Part shown: positions 60,853 to 64,000 of the stretch, piece by piece
Layout of the letters: every line of letters starts with the position of its first letter
Position numbering within the stretch: the stretch's first letter is position 1
Assembly: GCA_030141605.1 (NCBI GenBank)
Contig: JAQGDQ010000163.1
Span: forward strand, 310,001-374,000
DNA from: Tubiluchus corallicola
Taxonomy: Eukaryota; Animalia; Priapulida
Direction of reading: 5' to 3'
DNA: 64,000 bases
Position numbers and translations under genes: made by a program
Notes under the pieces: model-generated
What the model saw: the letters and a program-made list of their open reading frames with translations, nothing else
The model's database searches: none
What the model was told of the DNA's origin: nothing

Positions 60853-62516
60853 ATGGCTTCACTAAGTAGCTTGCTATTGCTGTTAGTTACTCTGCAAGGC
60901 TGGAGTGCAGACACTGAAACGGTAAATTCAAAAATTACATTCCTAAGGACAATAAGATAGAAGCAGTCGAACCAATCGCCACTTTTTTAGATTTGCTTCT
61001 TTTATATAAGTTCACACTGCATAAAGCAACAGTTACTGTAATTATCCTTATTTCTAAAGTAATGTCCATCTATTTCTGAGCTTCTTTTACAATGCAATTT
61101 ATTTTCTAGAATCAGACAGCATGTTGTCCAATCGGTTGGGTATATAACAACGGACGCTGCTACTTGTTTTCCCAAGCACAGACTCATTGGTGGGGAGCTG
61201 TGATAAAGTGCAAAATAGCAGGAGGTGAATTGGCTACAGTTGAAACTGATTCAGAAAATCATTTCATAACAAAGTATCTGGAAACTAATGGCAAGTAATA
61301 TAATTTGTCTTATTAATTAGTTTATCTTTACTATGGATAGGTGTGCTGACTAGTATGAGAATTCAGATCTGTTTAAACTTGAGCAGCATAAACGTTACTT
61401 TTCCTGCTAAGTGCCCACTGCTTGAGGCTCTGACTGATTGTGTGCTGAATAGTATGAGAATTCAGATCTGCCTTGGCCATATGGGTTGATAGCTCAAATA
61501 GCTATGAGTATGTCGCCCATTACCAAAAGGTTCTTGGCTCGAATCCTGGTTGATTCATACTGTTTCAGAGCTTTCTTCCAGCTAAATTTAACTGTTAATA
61601 GAATAATACATGTGACAAAAGTGAAATTTTGTGTAAAAATTTCTATCATTATACTTCTGAAGCAAGTTTTGATGTTGAAAATAAATGCAATGCAATCTCC
61701 CATGTGACACATCACATATTGTAAATTGGTAGAAACACGACAGACTGTTGTCATTTTTAACCACATGATATATTTAGAATTACATTTCTGGGCACAGACA
61801 TTATAAAAAATAAAATATACCAATTCTAAAGTGACATCATTTTTATTAATTCAAGAATGGTTTTCTTTTAATTGAATATGGGCAAATTCGAATACTTATT
61901 TAATCTTCGCCCGGTTTCACAAAGTTATCATTAATCATCGTTACTAAAGCTATGACCACGATGTCTTTAAGTCGTTAACAAAGTCAAAGTTGTTAACAAA
62001 GTCATTAACAAAACCCCCTAGTTTAATAAATGCTGTCTATAGATTAGAATAGCTACACATCTGAATGCACATTTAATGCACCCAGAGATGCTAGCACAGT
62101 TTCAGTATTTTAAGGGAAGGCGTTTGCAGGTAAAACTGCTGCTCCCAAAGGGATCCAGCAAAATGCACTCAAACCCATTTAATTCAATTCATCTCATTTC
62201 CATTTTGTCTAGCTAGACTTTCACATACTCTCTTAATTTAACCACATCATTCTTTTCTAAAGGATGGAACGGTCCCTGGATTGGTGGAACTGACCAACAC
62301 CAAGAAGGTGACTGGAGATGGGTGTCTAACGGTCTACCAGTCATTAGCAACAAGTTAGCTAGCTGGCCTTTTGATAACGGGGGAGTATCCTATGATGATA
62401 GTACATCTAATAATGGTCAGCATTGTACACGATACTGGAAGGAAAGAAATTACATCTGGGATGACGATAGATGTATATATCCTAATGACTATATCTGTGA
62501 AGCTGATGCACAGTAG
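60853..62516 (+). CDS. secreted single-domain C-type lectin; exons 60853-60921, 61110-61290, 62263-62516
   Basis: Signal peptide MASLSSLLLLLVTLQGWSA; CPIGWVYNNGRCYLFS...C...GGELATVETDSENHFI; WIGGTDQHQEGDWRW...HC...WDDDRC...YICE. Intron 2 has a GC donor. An upstream ATG at 60847 is also possible. Confidence 0.9.
61341..61470. repeat. 31-bp direct repeat x2 in lectin intron 2
   Basis: gtgtgctga(c/a)tagtatgagaattcagatctg at 61341 and 61440. Confidence 0.9.
61483..61555 (+). mobile_element. degenerate tRNA-like head (SINE or tRNA pseudogene)
   Basis: A-box-like tagctcaaatag and B-box-like ggctcgaatcc at tRNA spacing; no intact cloverleaf. Confidence 0.45.
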
Positions 62517-63688
62517 TGTACCATTACGGCCCCTCCTTGCAACTGTAAAGTATGTTAACAACTATTCTCATAACCACAGTTGATTATGCATCATTCTTGG
62601 TTTTAACGAAATACGTAAAATTTAATGAAATTAAAATTATTTTCTAATGATTAACACTTTTTAGGCACAAAATATGTTATCTCCTTAAACCCATAAAATC
62701 GCTGATAAAGTGCGACACAAGAAACGGGTAAACATTACCAGAATTTGGCAATGATTAACATGATCAAACCAATTTTTTAAATCAGGCAGTAGTCACCAAT
62801 AGCTTAAAATAATTCACGTGACAAATGGATTGGTTACATTAACTATGCACATCAAAGCAGATAACATCACAAAAGCAAGTTTATGATCTTCAAAGAAGAC
62901 TAGTGAAGAAAGTATCTTCTACTAATTCCTCACAAGTATATGTAAGTAATGGTAAAAGTTATGTTTTGCCTGCAAAACTATAATAAACAATAATTGTTGC
63001 ATCGACATCTTCAGTTCAAAGTTTACAGATACTTGTATAGAACACTTGTTTAGCAATAAATTTTGTTTATTGGTGGCATTAAGGAGACGCTCTATTTGCA
63101 AATTTTAGAAAATAATTTAGAATTTCAAAATGATTCTCTTGAGGTCACTGAGTTATTATTTAGTCAGTTTTTAAAGTATTAATGTTCAGTTTTATAGTTA
63201 ATATTGCACTTATATTTTTAGTTCAATTGATTTTTTGTTCTTTTTTTCAATTATTATTTGGACATACTTACAATGGCACAAGAACCAAACACGTTTTCAC
63301 CTATGGTTCTTGCCATTAACTATTTGCATGCTGTCATATCAAATCGTTATTATTAACTGAATATCTTTTCTCATTGTTTCTATATATTGTATATTTGCAT
63401 TTCCAAAGAAATAAACAATTTCAAACAAATAAACTCTTGTGTATAAACCCAGGAAAGCTGTGGACTTACAAGGAACCTAAATAAGCTAATAGCGCTCAAT
63501 GTCGAATGGACTATCCAACCACTTCTAGCTGTACCCAGTATAAGATTCTCTTTAAACTAAGATATATAAAAATTTGGCAAAAATGAGTTCATGTTTAATT
63601 TTTGCTTCTAGTTCATGTTTAATTTCTTATTGTTACAGGGATTTGAAAAAAAACGATTAATTAGCCAAGGCCAGGTTGAGACCTTTAT

Positions 63689-64000
63689 GGCGTGTTTAGA
63701 CGTAGAGATTTCTCTCGCAACTTGTTGCACAACTTCTCTCTAAGAGTACACTCGCACGTGTGAACGGCTAGGCAACTTCTCTTGCAACTTATTGCAAACT
63801 CTGCGAGAGTTACTGAGAGCTAACTTGCGACTTAAGTTGCGAGAAAAGTTCCTAAGCTGTTCACACATGCGACTTTGTTCTCAGAGAGAAGTTGTGCAAC
63901 AAGTCGCCAGAGAAGATTCCAAGCCGTTCAAACACAAGACTTTACTCTCACTGAGAGTTGGGAAAGAAATTGCAAAAGAAGTCTCTAAGTCTGAGTGTGC
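63689..64000. mobile_element. foldback/MITE-like element with nested inverted repeats, probably cut by the window edge
   Basis: cttgttgcacaacttctctct..tcgcacgtgtgaacggctagg (63721-63772) pairs with cctaagctgttcacacatgcga..agagagaagttgtgcaacaag (63850-63903). The left end gcgtgtttagacgtagagatt resembles the reverse complement of the window end. Confidence 0.7.

Noticed and set aside
61483-61555. Functional tRNA gene
   Set aside because: The acceptor and anticodon stems do not pair; treated as a SINE or pseudogene remnant

Overview
AT-rich, intron-containing DNA from an invertebrate animal; the species cannot be determined from sequence alone. Left to right: (1) the 3' part of a p53-family gene (+), with a DNA-binding domain, tetramerisation domain, no recognisable SAM domain, and a 57-bp minisatellite downstream of the stop; (2) an 11-finger C2H2 zinc-finger gene (+); (3) a complete TRMT2A-like tRNA m5U54 methyltransferase (-); (4) the 3' portion of DCAF1/VprBP (-), spanning about 23.0-57.0 kb, with its 5' exons not found in the window. 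The main architectural feature is that DCAF1 hosts nested antisense genes. One 15.6-kb intron (24658-40220) contains two complete, tandem 11-exon GMC oxidoreductase paralogues. The apparent intron upstream of 56957 contains an intact C-type lectin gene and a decayed lectin exon. The nested genes show splice oddities: a predicted GA-AG intron and a duplicated decoy terminal acceptor in GMC-1, and a GC-AG intron in the lectin. Several MITEs (one with perfect 34-38 bp arms and a CGCG flank in the GMC-1 promoter region), LINE, SINE and pogo remnants and short tandem duplications are also present. All gene models were assembled by hand from reading frame and splice signals, with no transcript data or database searches.
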